Below, in pieces: positions 47,304 through 57,267 of a stretch of DNA of 64,000 nucleotides. The notes below the pieces were generated by a model that made no database searches, was not told the origin of the DNA, and was given only the letters and a program-made list of their open reading frames with translations. The DNA comes from a phage. Within the stretch, counting starts at the first letter, position 1, and each line of letters starts with the position of its first letter. The stretch is taken from assembly GCA_012646185.1 (NCBI GenBank), contig GCA_012646185.1_4706.1, one strand, 5' to 3'. Both the position numbers and the translations under genes were made by a program.

Positions 47304-49100
47304 TCAATCGATTATGTCGTGATCGTTAATTTCTACAATTTCTTCATCGAATCGACCGACGTCTTTCTTCAAGCCTGCATTGGTTGCTGCAACGTCATTT
47401 GCAATTTGTGGGGTAATGATTAACCGACCGCGCTCATCGATAGGTGCGTACATACTGAACTTCTGACGTCCGGTTGGTTCGGAGTGTGGAAGATTCAGAT
47501 AGCTTGCACAGAACGGGATGGAACCACTAACCAAACGACTCTCGTCAGCCAATGCAGCACCGCCTGCGTTTTGGCTCTGGAGAACAACATGCGTGCTCAC
47601 TTTGAACAGCATGCAATCACCAGGTGACTGAATCGATGTTGCCACTTTCTCACGTTTATCACGATTGCTCTGGATATTGAGAATCGCTTCCGTTGCAACT
47701 TGATTTCGCAACGCCTTCTGTACATCGCGATTGGTCATCTCTTTACGGTTGTTCTGTCGTTTACCACGTTCTGTGGTTTTAAGATGGAACCCCAGTTTAA
47801 AGATGCTCTTACGCACATCCTCCATGACATATTCCAACACCATCAATTCCTTACCGAACATCGTCGTGGTGTCAACACGACTCATTTCGATAGTGACATT
47901 GTCAATCAGATACGCCATAAATTCATAGAAGTCGTCGCAAGGAATATTTTCCTGTTTGAACTTCTTCTGCTGAATTTCGTCAACGTAAAGATCGAGACTG
48001 TCGATGTGGTGGTTTACATCACGCAACAAACGCGCATCCGCATTGTTGTTATTAAAGATAATCAAACCGAGTAATGTACGCCAATGGTCTGGCGCATTCG
48101 CGAACTCTTCAACCGGATAGTCTTCCGGAAAACGATCGTAATAACGGTCGATGAGATACAAGAATGCACCGACAAGGCCAAGAACAATACGTTCCGTGCC
48201 TCCACGTCTTACAGCAATTTGAATATCAGGATGTTTGTAACGTACAGCGCTAGCGCTACGGCTTTTACCGCTTTTGCTGATACTAAAGCCTTTAGGAATA
48301 ACCCCCATGGTGCGATAGATTACCCATTGGTCACGCGGAAAATCACGTTCAGCAAGGTTCCGTCCGGTTACGGCTTCGACACCTGCAAAACGTCGGAAAC
48401 ACTCACCCACCCCGTACTTCGCAAAGAGATAGTGACCCAGTGTGGTTACGCTGGTGTGGTTGATGTTGTCACCGTTCACTTTACTTTGTTTAGTAAGATG
48501 ATAGATTTGCGACCAGGGTAATGACAGGTAATGACGATAATCGATACCGGTCGGTGTATCGTTGCTCAGGAACTGATACGGTGTACGTTTAACCGTGATT
48601 TTGTCACGCGGAAGCATGATGAACGCCATGTCTTTCGTGTAACTGATTACGGGGTCAGCGAGTACCGCACTGAGAATGAAGTTCGCACCACGTAGACGCA
48701 TTTTACCACCCTGACCTACCGCGGGTAATAGGAGAGGATGTCGGATAATGCAGTAGTCCTTTCCGGGTTCACGACGGTCACCTGATTCCATCGCGCCGTA
48801 CCAGCGGAATTCTAGCATCACCATAAACACATCGGAAGGCGCAAGGTCGAAGGTCAGCTTACCGCTATCCTTCCCTTTGGTTTTCTTTCCTCCGCTTAAG
48901 TAGTGGAACTGTTCGCGGGCCATACAGCGACGCAGGCCATGATACACCAGATCCTTAGGTAAACTATCTTTGCTGTTCCGCCAAAGACGATCAACATAGG
49001 ACTCAACATCTTGCATCTTATCGACGACGATGTTGCGTGCTATCTTCTCGTTCATCTTCGGTGCAAGCTCAGCGACAGCTTTGCAGAATCTAGGATCCAT
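47304..49100 (-). CDS. hypothetical protein (598 aa)
   Basis: ATG with AAGGAG SD (track start 49103 is GTG). Confidence 0.6.
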   Translation of the reverse strand: MDPRFCKAVAELAPKMNEKIARNIVVDKMQDVESYVDRLWRNSKDSLPKDLVYHGLRRCMAREQFHYLSGGKKTKGKDSGKLTFDLAPSDVFMVMLEFRWYGAMESGDRREPGKDYCIIRHPLLLPAVGQGGKMRLRGANFILSAVLADPVISYTKDMAFIMLPRDKITVKRTPYQFLSNDTPTGIDYRHYLSLPWSQIYHLTKQSKVNGDNINHTSVTTLGHYLFAKYGVGECFRRFAGVEAVTGRNLAERDFPRDQWVIYRTMGVIPKGFSISKSGKSRSASAVRYKHPDIQIAVRRGGTERIVLGLVGAFLYLIDRYYDRFPEDYPVEEFANAPDHWRTLLGLIIFNNNNADARLLRDVNHHIDSLDLYVDEIQQKKFKQENIPCDDFYEFMAYLIDNVTIEMSRVDTTTMFGKELMVLEYVMEDVRKSIFKLGFHLKTTERGKRQNNRKEMTNRDVQKALRNQVATEAILNIQSNRDKREKVATSIQSPGDCMLFKVSTHVVLQSQNAGGAALADESRLVSGSIPFCASYLNLPHSEPTGRQKFSMYAPIDERGRLIITPQIANDVAATNAGLKKDVGRFDEEIVEINDHDIID

Positions 49101-49139
49101 CACACACTCCTTTCAGAAAGTTGCTTAAGCAGATTAAAG

Positions 49140-50576
49140 TTACTTTTTCGATGACGCCTTTTCAAGAATCTTGAAAAAGGTCATACCTATACCGACAACG
49201 GCCGCGGTTATGCTCGCAGCGGCTTTCCAAACATCGACGTTACGTTGACGTCGCGCTTCTTCCGCTTCACGTTGTCTTTTTGCCTCTTCATCACGTCGAC
49301 GTATCTCAGCAGCAAACTCGTCGTGCTTACGTTTGGCTTCTTCGTCTCGACGACGAAGTTCAGCGACGAATTCTTCATGTTTGCGTTTAGCCTCGTCATC
49401 ACGACGTTTTAAATCAGCTTGATAATCTTCGTGTATTTGTTTACGTAGATCATCTTGACGCTTCATTTCGGCTTGGTGTTGTTCCATCCTACGTTTTTGT
49501 TCGTCTTTAAGCTGATCGAGTTCGGCTTTATGTTGTTCATCGCGCAGCTTTGCGTCGGCGCGATGCGCCTCATGCATCTGTGCGATAACTGCCTTGTGTT
49601 CATCCGCCATACGCCGCATTTCAGCCATCACCCCTTTAAGGGTTTCTTCTGATGCCTTACGTTCGTAGCTACGCTGGTCGAAATCATTTTTGTAGGCTTC
49701 TTTTTGGATGGGGTCGCGCCAATGCAATGCCGATTCACGTGTCGGAAAAACATTGTACTTCCACATCTCTTTTTCCAAATCTTCGACCGGTACGAAGATG
49801 GAGTCATTATTCCCGAAGGTAACCAACATACCTGGCGCGCCTGCTCCATTCGTTGGTTTTATTTCGAACGCTTTCCCCAGCACGTTAACCCATAAGCTAT
49901 ACGGATTATGAAAGTCGGGTGGCGTCCAATGGATAGTGAGTTGCGTTCCGAGAATCCGGAAACCCTCTGTTTTTCCCGTCAAGCTCCGCGCGCACGTTGC
50001 GATGTAGGGGTGATCAATCCCTTTCGTAACGTGGTCTGCGCTTTTGTATTCTCCTTTAACTTTTACGATTGCCACGTTGATTTGCGCGACATAAGCAGGT
50101 TGATTAAAGTTCAGCGTGTTGAGGTCAATTTGACATATTTCATCCAGCGTATCGTACCAGTCTTGCTGGTCTAATAGACGCGGCATTTTCTCAGCGTTAA
50201 CAATACGACGGATATGCGGTTTCCTTATCGCGTAACCTGTGCCGTTTTTAACACGGAGTATATCCCGACGTCTACCCGCGTAGACGAAGTTTCTGAATGC
50301 ACCATTCGCATTAGATACGTCATGGCTGTCAACTATTACAGGACTACGAAATTTTGAACGTCGTACGATCCTGAATGTATTGCCGTCCTCAACCCTACCA
50401 GGAATGTACTGGAACATATTGTCGGAGGTGATAACCAACACGGTATGGCCAGATTCATTAATACATGCCCATCCTAATTCCAGGTCATATAACGGTTCAG
50501 CATAACCGTCAATGCGATAAGCGTGCGTACCATCCCACGGTTCGAACGCGGTATCACATATTGGCATGGAGGGCAT
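49140..50576 (-). CDS. protein with charged coiled-coil repeats and C-terminal TM anchor (478 aa)
   Basis: ATG at 50576 with GGAGG SD (track start 50582 is TTG); tandem RRDEEAKRKH-EF-AE-RR repeats then hydrophobic AAASITAAVVGIGMTFF. Confidence 0.6.
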   Translation of the reverse strand: MPSMPICDTAFEPWDGTHAYRIDGYAEPLYDLELGWACINESGHTVLVITSDNMFQYIPGRVEDGNTFRIVRRSKFRSPVIVDSHDVSNANGAFRNFVYAGRRRDILRVKNGTGYAIRKPHIRRIVNAEKMPRLLDQQDWYDTLDEICQIDLNTLNFNQPAYVAQINVAIVKVKGEYKSADHVTKGIDHPYIATCARSLTGKTEGFRILGTQLTIHWTPPDFHNPYSLWVNVLGKAFEIKPTNGAGAPGMLVTFGNNDSIFVPVEDLEKEMWKYNVFPTRESALHWRDPIQKEAYKNDFDQRSYERKASEETLKGVMAEMRRMADEHKAVIAQMHEAHRADAKLRDEQHKAELDQLKDEQKRRMEQHQAEMKRQDDLRKQIHEDYQADLKRRDDEAKRKHEEFVAELRRRDEEAKRKHDEFAAEIRRRDEEAKRQREAEEARRQRNVDVWKAAASITAAVVGIGMTFFKILEKASSKK

Positions 50577-50725
50577 CGTCAACCTCCATCTGATTGAAAA
50601 CTATCACGCATAATGCATTTCCCTTTTCTTGTTCTTATCGAGCCGACAGCCGACGGTTTCAGCATCGTTCCTAGCGCGAGAACGACCTTACGTGTTGTCT
50701 ATGCCTTATTCATCGCAGGCGTCTG

Positions 50726-50750
50726 TCACCTAGGTAATGTAAGCGTCAAA
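50726..50750 (-). promoter_or_regulatory. conserved 25-nt motif copy 3 (plus strand TCACCTAGGTAATGTAAGCGTCAAA)
   Basis: Between the family hairpin and the 49140..50576 start (minus orientation). Confidence 0.5.
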
Positions 50751-50784
50751 TTTTTTCTATTCGCAACAATAAACGGCATAGAAA

Positions 50785-50814
50785 CCTCCCCCAACCCTTA
50801 CGGGCTGAGGGAGG
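50785..50814. terminator. conserved CT/GA hairpin (CCTCCC-CCAACCC-TTAC-GGGCTGA-GGGAGG)
   Basis: Downstream of the major structural gene stop in minus orientation. Confidence 0.6.
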
Positions 50815-50913
50815 CTGACTTATGTATCACGGTGCCGGATGAATGTCCGGTGCAATGAAACCATCCGCAACGTTGTCGTCAAGAATATCGTCCAACGAAG
50901 CAGCTACGGTAGT

Positions 50914-53136
50914 TCAGTTAGTCTGAACCGGCAGCTTGATGTTTTCAGTGTAGACCTTACGCAGGTTCACAACGTTAATCAGACCCAGCAGCGGGCAGTT
51001 GTTAACGAAGCGGCAGCGCGGCTGAACCATGGTTTCTTTAGAAACCTGACCGTTACGGGTAACCTGAGCAACAGATACCAGTTCCGGTACATACAGGAAC
51101 ATACCGAAGGTCAGCGGATCCGGAGAACCCTGGATACCACGAGACAGGGTCACGAAGATCTTATCGCGCAGCATGACGTTCGGGTTATCTACAACCACGA
51201 AGTTGAAGCTTACACCAACGGTACGGAAATCGCCATCGGTCTGCAGGAACTGCGGGATGTAGTTGTCAGTTGCTACTACGCAACGCGGTTTCTCATCAGC
51301 GTTGGAAGACAGCAGCTGCAGAGCTGGCTGATAACCAGACTCGGAGTACATGCGGTATGCCATCTCACGAATCACGTTCATGATCGCAGCAGACACTTCA
51401 GCACGACGTTCTGCAGTGGTGGTACCCTGAACAGATTTCTCCAGGTCCAGATTGATTTCTTCGAACCACGGACGGATCAGGTAACGACCGAAACCTTCGA
51501 TCTGGATGTCGCCGAACTGACGGAAGCGAGAGGTCGCAACCGCTTTCAGTGCGTCTTTGTAGCTGAACAGTTTCTCAACCATCAGGTTGTCGAAACGTGC
51601 GTTAGCAGCTTGGATCAGAACGTCCAGGTCAGCAGCGTTTTCTTCCCAATCCAGCGGACGAGGAATGGAGAACGGAGCCAGCAGGCCGATTGCGTAACGT
51701 TCTTGCTTCATGTTGAAGTCAAGGTGCTTACCGCGCTCACGACGGTTGCTGTTGTTACGGCGGATACGCAGTTCGTAACCAACCAGTTTGAAGCTCAGGT
51801 CTTCAGCCAGCTGTTTGAACTCTTCGCCCTTACGCGGTTGTTCGATGTTGTCACGATCGACCAGACGATACAGTTCAGCGTTAGCGCCGTTAACACGCAG
51901 ACCGGCTTTCTCTACGTTGGAAGAACCGTAAACTTCGATTGCCAGCTGAGCAGCGGATTTCGAATCGATGATGTCCTGCAGCGCTTCAGCTCGTGCACCT
52001 TTAACGTCAACGGTGTTCTCATCAACGAAGATGGAGTGGGTGTCGAACGCCAGGGTCATTTTGCGGAAGTCGCCTTCCAGGGATTTCTGGAAACCGTTGG
52101 TGATCAGACCAGATACGTCGAACGGTACGTAAGAGGTTTTGCTGTGCTTGGTAGATTTGATTTCCACCAGGATTTTGGTCAGCGTGATCTGGGCGTCCAG
52201 CGCGTCGGTGTTGTCGCTGTAACCGTTAGCCAGGATGCTATCGTCTTCAGCGATACCGATCATGTCGATCAGTTTATCAACAGCCAGGTAAGACGTTTTA
52301 TAAGTTACGCCTTTAATTTCGATGTCGCGCGGAGCAACGATAGCTTTGTCAACGAAGTACTGTGCGTTAGCATCGTCAGCACGATAGATCGGATGCAGAT
52401 CGGTCACGTCGTTGGACAGAACGTCGTTGTACATGAACGCATCCAGCAGCGGACGACGTACCCAATCAGCCGGAGTACCGTCAGCGTTACGACGCAGGTG
52501 GTTGAACACCAGCGGACGACGGAAAGATACGTCGTAACCGATCTGGTTCGGAGCCAGAACGATGGTGTTGTACAGTTCGTTACCCATGCGGCTCAGACGA
52601 GAAGCCTTCACGTTGAACACAACGGAGTACGGCATCATGTCACGCAGTTCTTTCTGGTCGTAGGACAGCTGAACCAGTTCTTCAGATTCGCAACCGCAGG
52701 AATCAGCAGCCATCATGACGAAGTTAGAGCTGTCAACTTCACGGCCAGACGGAGTGGTGCTGATGTTCATGGAACGTGCTTGTTTAGCATATTCCACCGG
52801 GTTACCATGAGCCAGCATGATCAGTGCTGCTGCACGAGCCTGCTGTGCGTTCATGGTGAACAGCTGTTCTTCAATACGCTGCTTCTCTTCCGGAGTGGTG
52901 GTTTCGAAGCCCAGCATGGACAGAACCGGTTCTTCGGCTTTACGGATGTCGCTGCTGAAGCTCTTAACATCCATTTCGTTAACCAGTTTGTCCATGGATT
53001 TGAAATCAACCTTAGAAGCAGATTCCATAGACAGGAAGGTGTTCTCCAGACCTTTGTCTGCTGGTTTGCTACCATTAGCGGTCAGGAACTGGCGAGTGGC
53101 CGCGACCTGTTGGCTAAGAAGGGTTTTATCATTCAT
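50914..53136 (-). CDS. major virion structural protein (major capsid or tail sheath candidate, 740 aa)
   Basis: Strongest codon-usage bias in the window; ATG with AAGGA SD; length matches phiKZ-type major capsid proteins but also sheath proteins; no motif-level assignment possible. Confidence 0.55.
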   Translation of the reverse strand: MNDKTLLSQQVAATRQFLTANGSKPADKGLENTFLSMESASKVDFKSMDKLVNEMDVKSFSSDIRKAEEPVLSMLGFETTTPEEKQRIEEQLFTMNAQQARAAALIMLAHGNPVEYAKQARSMNISTTPSGREVDSSNFVMMAADSCGCESEELVQLSYDQKELRDMMPYSVVFNVKASRLSRMGNELYNTIVLAPNQIGYDVSFRRPLVFNHLRRNADGTPADWVRRPLLDAFMYNDVLSNDVTDLHPIYRADDANAQYFVDKAIVAPRDIEIKGVTYKTSYLAVDKLIDMIGIAEDDSILANGYSDNTDALDAQITLTKILVEIKSTKHSKTSYVPFDVSGLITNGFQKSLEGDFRKMTLAFDTHSIFVDENTVDVKGARAEALQDIIDSKSAAQLAIEVYGSSNVEKAGLRVNGANAELYRLVDRDNIEQPRKGEEFKQLAEDLSFKLVGYELRIRRNNSNRRERGKHLDFNMKQERYAIGLLAPFSIPRPLDWEENAADLDVLIQAANARFDNLMVEKLFSYKDALKAVATSRFRQFGDIQIEGFGRYLIRPWFEEINLDLEKSVQGTTTAERRAEVSAAIMNVIREMAYRMYSESGYQPALQLLSSNADEKPRCVVATDNYIPQFLQTDGDFRTVGVSFNFVVVDNPNVMLRDKIFVTLSRGIQGSPDPLTFGMFLYVPELVSVAQVTRNGQVSKETMVQPRCRFVNNCPLLGLINVVNLRKVYTENIKLPVQTN

Positions 53137-53285
53137 TGAAAGTATCCTTTACAGAATTAACTTATATAAGTCGGTCGATAGACCATAGCGTACACGCGTG
53201 CATGCGCCACTATAGTATCAGTAAACACTTACCGTTATTGAGGTCGTGATACAACACTAAAAATGCCGCATAACTTTTCCCTACG

Positions 53286-53906
53286 TCACAAACGACGCAG
53301 GCGATAATGGATGGAACGATTGGTGCAATATGAACGGAACAGCGGCAATTGCGCAACTTCCGCAAGACTCATATTAATTCGCAGGTGTTCAATAACGGCG
53401 CTGTAGTTATCAGCAATACGATCGCTCAATAACTCTTCTGCCAATAAAGGAAGACAATCGACAACAATCGCGATCACATCCTCATTAACATAACGCACCC
53501 GAACACTCAGCGGACGTTTGTCTGGGCTGTAAGTTGGATCCGCCAAACGACGTTCAATATCACGCGGATAGCTCGTCAGTAAATGGTAATAACCATTGTC
53601 ATAACGATTGATGTACTCACACAGCACATCAACATTCTTCTCTGGCGGCAAACCTGTTTCGTCATAGTGATACGCAAACATACCACCAAGCAGGTTGTTA
53701 AGATGAACCGCAGGGTTCGCTTGTTCGTGTTCTTTCGTGATGAAGAAAGGCACGTTCTGGGCTGCGAAATAAAAACCTACATCATTGGGCGATAGTATGC
53801 CGAAAAGACTTTTAGGGTCTAATAACACCTGTAAGTCATCACGCGCATTTCGAATAATCGCGTGTTCTACCCAATTCGGAACGACGAGATATCGGAGTTC
53901 CTTCAT
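53286..53906 (-). CDS. hypothetical protein (206 aa)
   Basis: ATG with AGAGGT SD; divergent from the 53946 gene. Confidence 0.55.
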   Translation of the reverse strand: MKELRYLVVPNWVEHAIIRNARDDLQVLLDPKSLFGILSPNDVGFYFAAQNVPFFITKEHEQANPAVHLNNLLGGMFAYHYDETGLPPEKNVDVLCEYINRYDNGYYHLLTSYPRDIERRLADPTYSPDKRPLSVRVRYVNEDVIAIVVDCLPLLAEELLSDRIADNYSAVIEHLRINMSLAEVAQLPLFRSYCTNRSIHYRLRRL

Positions 53907-53945
53907 TATGATTACCTCTTTGCAAGTATCGAAAGGATTGAGTCG

Positions 53946-55556
53946 ATGGACCCAAAACAGATAGCCATTAAGATTATTACGTTACTGTTTCGTAATGCAC
54001 AATTGAACCATCCCGATCCCAGTACGATCGAACATGTTAAATCCGTCTTAGATAAAGTCGAACCCCCGAAAAACCATCTCGCTACAGACGTAGATAGAGA
54101 GGTTTTCAACAACCTGATGAATACCATTCATTGGATGTTGGAACAACCATTATCGGAACCTTTCGATAAACAACAGTTGTTACAAAGGATACGTTTGGAT
54201 TGCCTTGAACAAAGCAATCTTTACGAGATTCTTGCCGACGGACTGTACGATATCGAAGACGACGCTCATATCAGTAAGGTCTGTTCGCTCTATTACAATG
54301 AATTACGTAATCTGATTACCCGGCGTCGTGTTTTCGAAACCTTTAAAAACACGTACATGGATATCAGTAACGGGCGACTTGGGGATAAAGAATTTTTCGA
54401 TGCGATGGCGAATCTGAAATTATCGCTAGACAGTATCGAAATGGATACCGAAAATCCCGAAGAGATGTCGTGTATGATTGACGGCTTTATCGCTGACAGC
54501 GAAGACGATATCGAGAAAGTTGAACGTATGTTCGTCAAAGCGATGGAACGTAACAGTCCTGAAGGTGGATTTGTAACCGGCTGGCAAGGCTTTAATAAAA
54601 TGTTGGGGTCGGTCGGCGTTTTACGTCGCGGTACCTTAGGACTGATTGGTGCAATGCAGCACCGGAACAAGTCAGGCGTGTTGTTAAAACTGTTCACACA
54701 TCTGGCATTGTACAACAAACCCCATTTCTTTTTCCCAGAGCGAGCAAAGAAAGCATTACTGATTCATTTGTCGACAGAAAACGAAGTGGAAGAAAACACG
54801 CTTCAGATATACAAGAACATGCGAGAACAGGAAACGGGCGAATATGTCGATATTCGTAAGATTGACCCTCGCGAGGCATCACGTTATGTGTTGAAGGTGT
54901 TCAACGATGCGGGTTTCTCTGTTTGTATGCGTCGTGTTGATGGGATGAGTTATAAACAACTCGCTAATCTCATCGACCATTTCGAACGCATGGGTTATGA
55001 AGTCATGGCGTTGTTCATTGACTATCTGAAAATGTTCTCATCGGAAGGGTTGGATAGAAATGGACCGACCGGCGCATGGCTCCAAGAACTCTTCAACAAA
55101 GTCCGTAACCTCTGCAGCGTTAAACGTATTTTAGGTATGACGGTACACCAGCTGTCATCCGATGCGAAGATGCGTGCGCGTGATGGTAACGATGAAGAGT
55201 TTGTTGACCAGGTCGCAGGTTTAAGTTACTGGGATGGTTGTAAAGGGATCGACCGTGAGATTGACCTTGAGGTGATTGTTGATATCGTTAAGGAGCCGGG
55301 CAAACGTCAAAGTTGGCAGGTCTTTGCGTTAGGGAAAGACCGTCAACCGGATAACGGTTCAACGAAACCTGAAGACAAACATTTCGCGATGCCATTCCAA
55401 ACCATCGGGATGCTTCCTGATGATTACGGTAAGAAAGCAGTATACTGCCGCAAGGTTGGCGGACAACCTGTCTCCGAGGGAGGTAAAGGTCCGTGGAACA
55501 AGTTCGATGAAAACGCAGCACCGAGTAATGAATTACAATTTGATTTAGAATTTTAA
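53946..55556 (+). CDS. hypothetical protein (536 aa)
   Basis: First ATG (53946) has AAAGGA SD; track start 53862 is GTG and would overlap the divergent gene. Confidence 0.55.
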   Translation: MDPKQIAIKIITLLFRNAQLNHPDPSTIEHVKSVLDKVEPPKNHLATDVDREVFNNLMNTIHWMLEQPLSEPFDKQQLLQRIRLDCLEQSNLYEILADGLYDIEDDAHISKVCSLYYNELRNLITRRRVFETFKNTYMDISNGRLGDKEFFDAMANLKLSLDSIEMDTENPEEMSCMIDGFIADSEDDIEKVERMFVKAMERNSPEGGFVTGWQGFNKMLGSVGVLRRGTLGLIGAMQHRNKSGVLLKLFTHLALYNKPHFFFPERAKKALLIHLSTENEVEENTLQIYKNMREQETGEYVDIRKIDPREASRYVLKVFNDAGFSVCMRRVDGMSYKQLANLIDHFERMGYEVMALFIDYLKMFSSEGLDRNGPTGAWLQELFNKVRNLCSVKRILGMTVHQLSSDAKMRARDGNDEEFVDQVAGLSYWDGCKGIDREIDLEVIVDIVKEPGKRQSWQVFALGKDRQPDNGSTKPEDKHFAMPFQTIGMLPDDYGKKAVYCRKVGGQPVSEGGKGPWNKFDENAAPSNELQFDLEF

Positions 55557-55582
55557 ACGCAAAAAAAAAAGATTGTGCGGTT

Positions 55583-55615
55583 CCCTCCTCCAACCCGTAA
55601 GGGAAGGAGGAGGGG
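55583..55615. terminator. conserved CT/GA hairpin, inverted orientation (CCCTCCTCCAACCC-GTAA-GGGAAGGAGGAGGGG)
   Basis: Exact reverse complement of the 35253 copy; between convergent gene ends; A10 run upstream. Confidence 0.6.
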
Positions 55616-55630
55616 TTATGACCGCTTTGA

Positions 55631-55957
55631 TTAACTTATTGTCATGAATTCATTAGGTGAAAATTTCCAGCCGTTCTCAGTGAGAAGCGTGTTGAGTTTC
55701 GCTGCAACGATAAGCCATGCATGCATGGCTGTTACATCGTATTGGCGATTCACTCGACGTTGGTTTTCGATATTGATTTGCTCCTGTTCAGTGATGTTTG
55801 GATAAAGTGCGATAGCGCTAGGTTTACCCAGCGCGCTAGTCATCACCGCCGTACATTCACTGATAATGTTGTTTAAGTGGTAGTTATACACCGTTCCACG
55901 CATGACGCGATGACGGCATTCGATAATAGCGTCGTAAATGATTTCTCGAGTAATCAT
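55631..55957 (-). CDS. hypothetical protein (108 aa)
   Basis: ATG start, weak SD. Confidence 0.5.
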   Translation of the reverse strand: MITREIIYDAIIECRHRVMRGTVYNYHLNNIISECTAVMTSALGKPSAIALYPNITEQEQINIENQRRVNRQYDVTAMHAWLIVAAKLNTLLTENGWKFSPNEFMTIS

Positions 55958-55963
55958 GATAAT

Positions 55964-56365
55964 TTAAAACATACGGTCGTTTTTAGCACGGGCGTCCATT
56001 ACCAGATCGTAGATGCCTGCGGTTCGTAAGCACTCTTCGTAGTAACGATGTGTGCCTTCCTCAGCCATCCACGATAACCCACGGCTATCCGCAACAATAA
56101 CCAGTTTGTTATTGTTGAACGCACACACCACACGGTAGGTCGCGTTGTTATTCGGATCGCGAGTGATAAGTTCGTAAACGCCGTTAACAGGTTTACTGAA
56201 TTCACCGTTTAACGGAACGAGTTCGGTAGTACCTTCAGCAAACGTTACGTTGATCGGTGATGGGTCTTTAGCGATAACAGTATATTCCACATTGTGTTCT
56301 TTACTGGTCATAATACCGAAGTAAGAACTCACAGGGGAACGTGGTACACTAAGAATATTAAACAT
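55964..56365 (-). CDS. hypothetical protein (133 aa)
   Basis: ATG with AAGAGGA SD. Confidence 0.55.
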   Translation of the reverse strand: MFNILSVPRSPVSSYFGIMTSKEHNVEYTVIAKDPSPINVTFAEGTTELVPLNGEFSKPVNGVYELITRDPNNNATYRVVCAFNNNKLVIVADSRGLSWMAEEGTHRYYEECLRTAGIYDLVMDARAKNDRMF

Positions 56366-56435
56366 AGATGTTGTCCTCTTAATTGGATTTAGATTGTTGG
56401 GTGTGTTATTGGGAAATGAAAACGTTGTTTCGGTT

Positions 56436-57005
56436 TTAGACGATGAGTGACCAGGTGGTAAGCACCCCGCTTGCGAATTCGAGCTTAAGACGTTTACCGA
56501 TAAGTTGTTGTTGGATCATCTTCTCGGTGATACGTCGATCATGCTGAACCGCTTTATCAAACGCTTCTTTCGCTTCAGCTTGGTAGAAGTTCGTTTCTTC
56601 GTTTTCGTCGATCTCTTCGAGAGCATCGTCGTCGATGTCAGCAAGTTTCACTCGACCGTTTTCATCAGGTTGTTCTGCAGGTTCATTGTCATACGGCGTG
56701 TCTTTTGTTGGTGCGACACGATGTTGCAACTCGACCTGCGTTAACATGATCTCCATCTCACCATCGATAGGAATGATTTCATCGGCGCTGCCGTTTTCGG
56801 TCAGCTCTCGACTTTCCAGTAATGTCGTCGTAACAGAGAACACCTCTTCAACAGGAACCTCATCATCGTCGATGGTGTTAACCGTATTGCTGGTAACTTC
56901 GGCAACAACCATCAAATCAAATGCGTGAGGGTCACCTGGCATTTTGATTCCTGGAAGTTTGTTGAGGTACCAAGGATCAAGAATCATGATTTCTGGATTA
57001 AACAT
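56436..57005 (-). CDS. highly acidic protein (189 aa)
   Basis: ATG with AAGGT SD; Asp/Glu-rich (DDDEVPVEE, DIDDDALEEIDENEE); ~200 nt downstream of motif copy 4. Confidence 0.55.
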   Translation of the reverse strand: MFNPEIMILDPWYLNKLPGIKMPGDPHAFDLMVVAEVTSNTVNTIDDDEVPVEEVFSVTTTLLESRELTENGSADEIIPIDGEMEIMLTQVELQHRVAPTKDTPYDNEPAEQPDENGRVKLADIDDDALEEIDENEETNFYQAEAKEAFDKAVQHDRRITEKMIQQQLIGKRLKLEFASGVLTTWSLIV

Positions 57006-57207
57006 CGTATTTTACCTTTCTATGTTAGGTGGATTGCGGATAGAAGAATCAATGCATAGATTGATAGTTCTTTGTTAGAAATTATTGCCGAACCGGTTAT
57101 GGTTATAACGCGTGTTTTCGTATTCTGACGGGTCGCGTATTAATAAGGCCATGACTGTATCCTCGATTATTAAGAGAAATTTACAACGATAACAGTAACC
57201 GCTGTTA

Positions 57208-57232
57208 TCACCTAGGTAATGTAGTCGCGAAA
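57208..57232 (-). promoter_or_regulatory. conserved 25-nt motif copy 4 (plus strand TCACCTAGGTAATGTAGTCGCGAAA)
   Basis: 35 nt from the family hairpin at 57268; same arrangement as copy 3. Confidence 0.5.
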
Positions 57233-57267
57233 TAAACTGGAGTAATGCGAAATAAGACAGCATAGAA

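Noticed and set aside
50839-53139. 766-aa plus-strand ORF almost exactly antisense to the 740-aa structural gene
   Set aside because: No ATG with SD; composition dominated by V/R/Q/H/F as expected for the antisense of a strongly codon-biased gene. The minus-strand ORF has protein-like composition and a proper SD, so the plus ORF is an open antisense frame, not a gene.
53195-53220. T7-like promoter core CACTATAG upstream of the major structural gene
   Set aside because: The match is only 8 nt, on the strand opposite to the gene it would need to drive, and lacks the rest of a single-subunit RNAP promoter; treated as coincidence.
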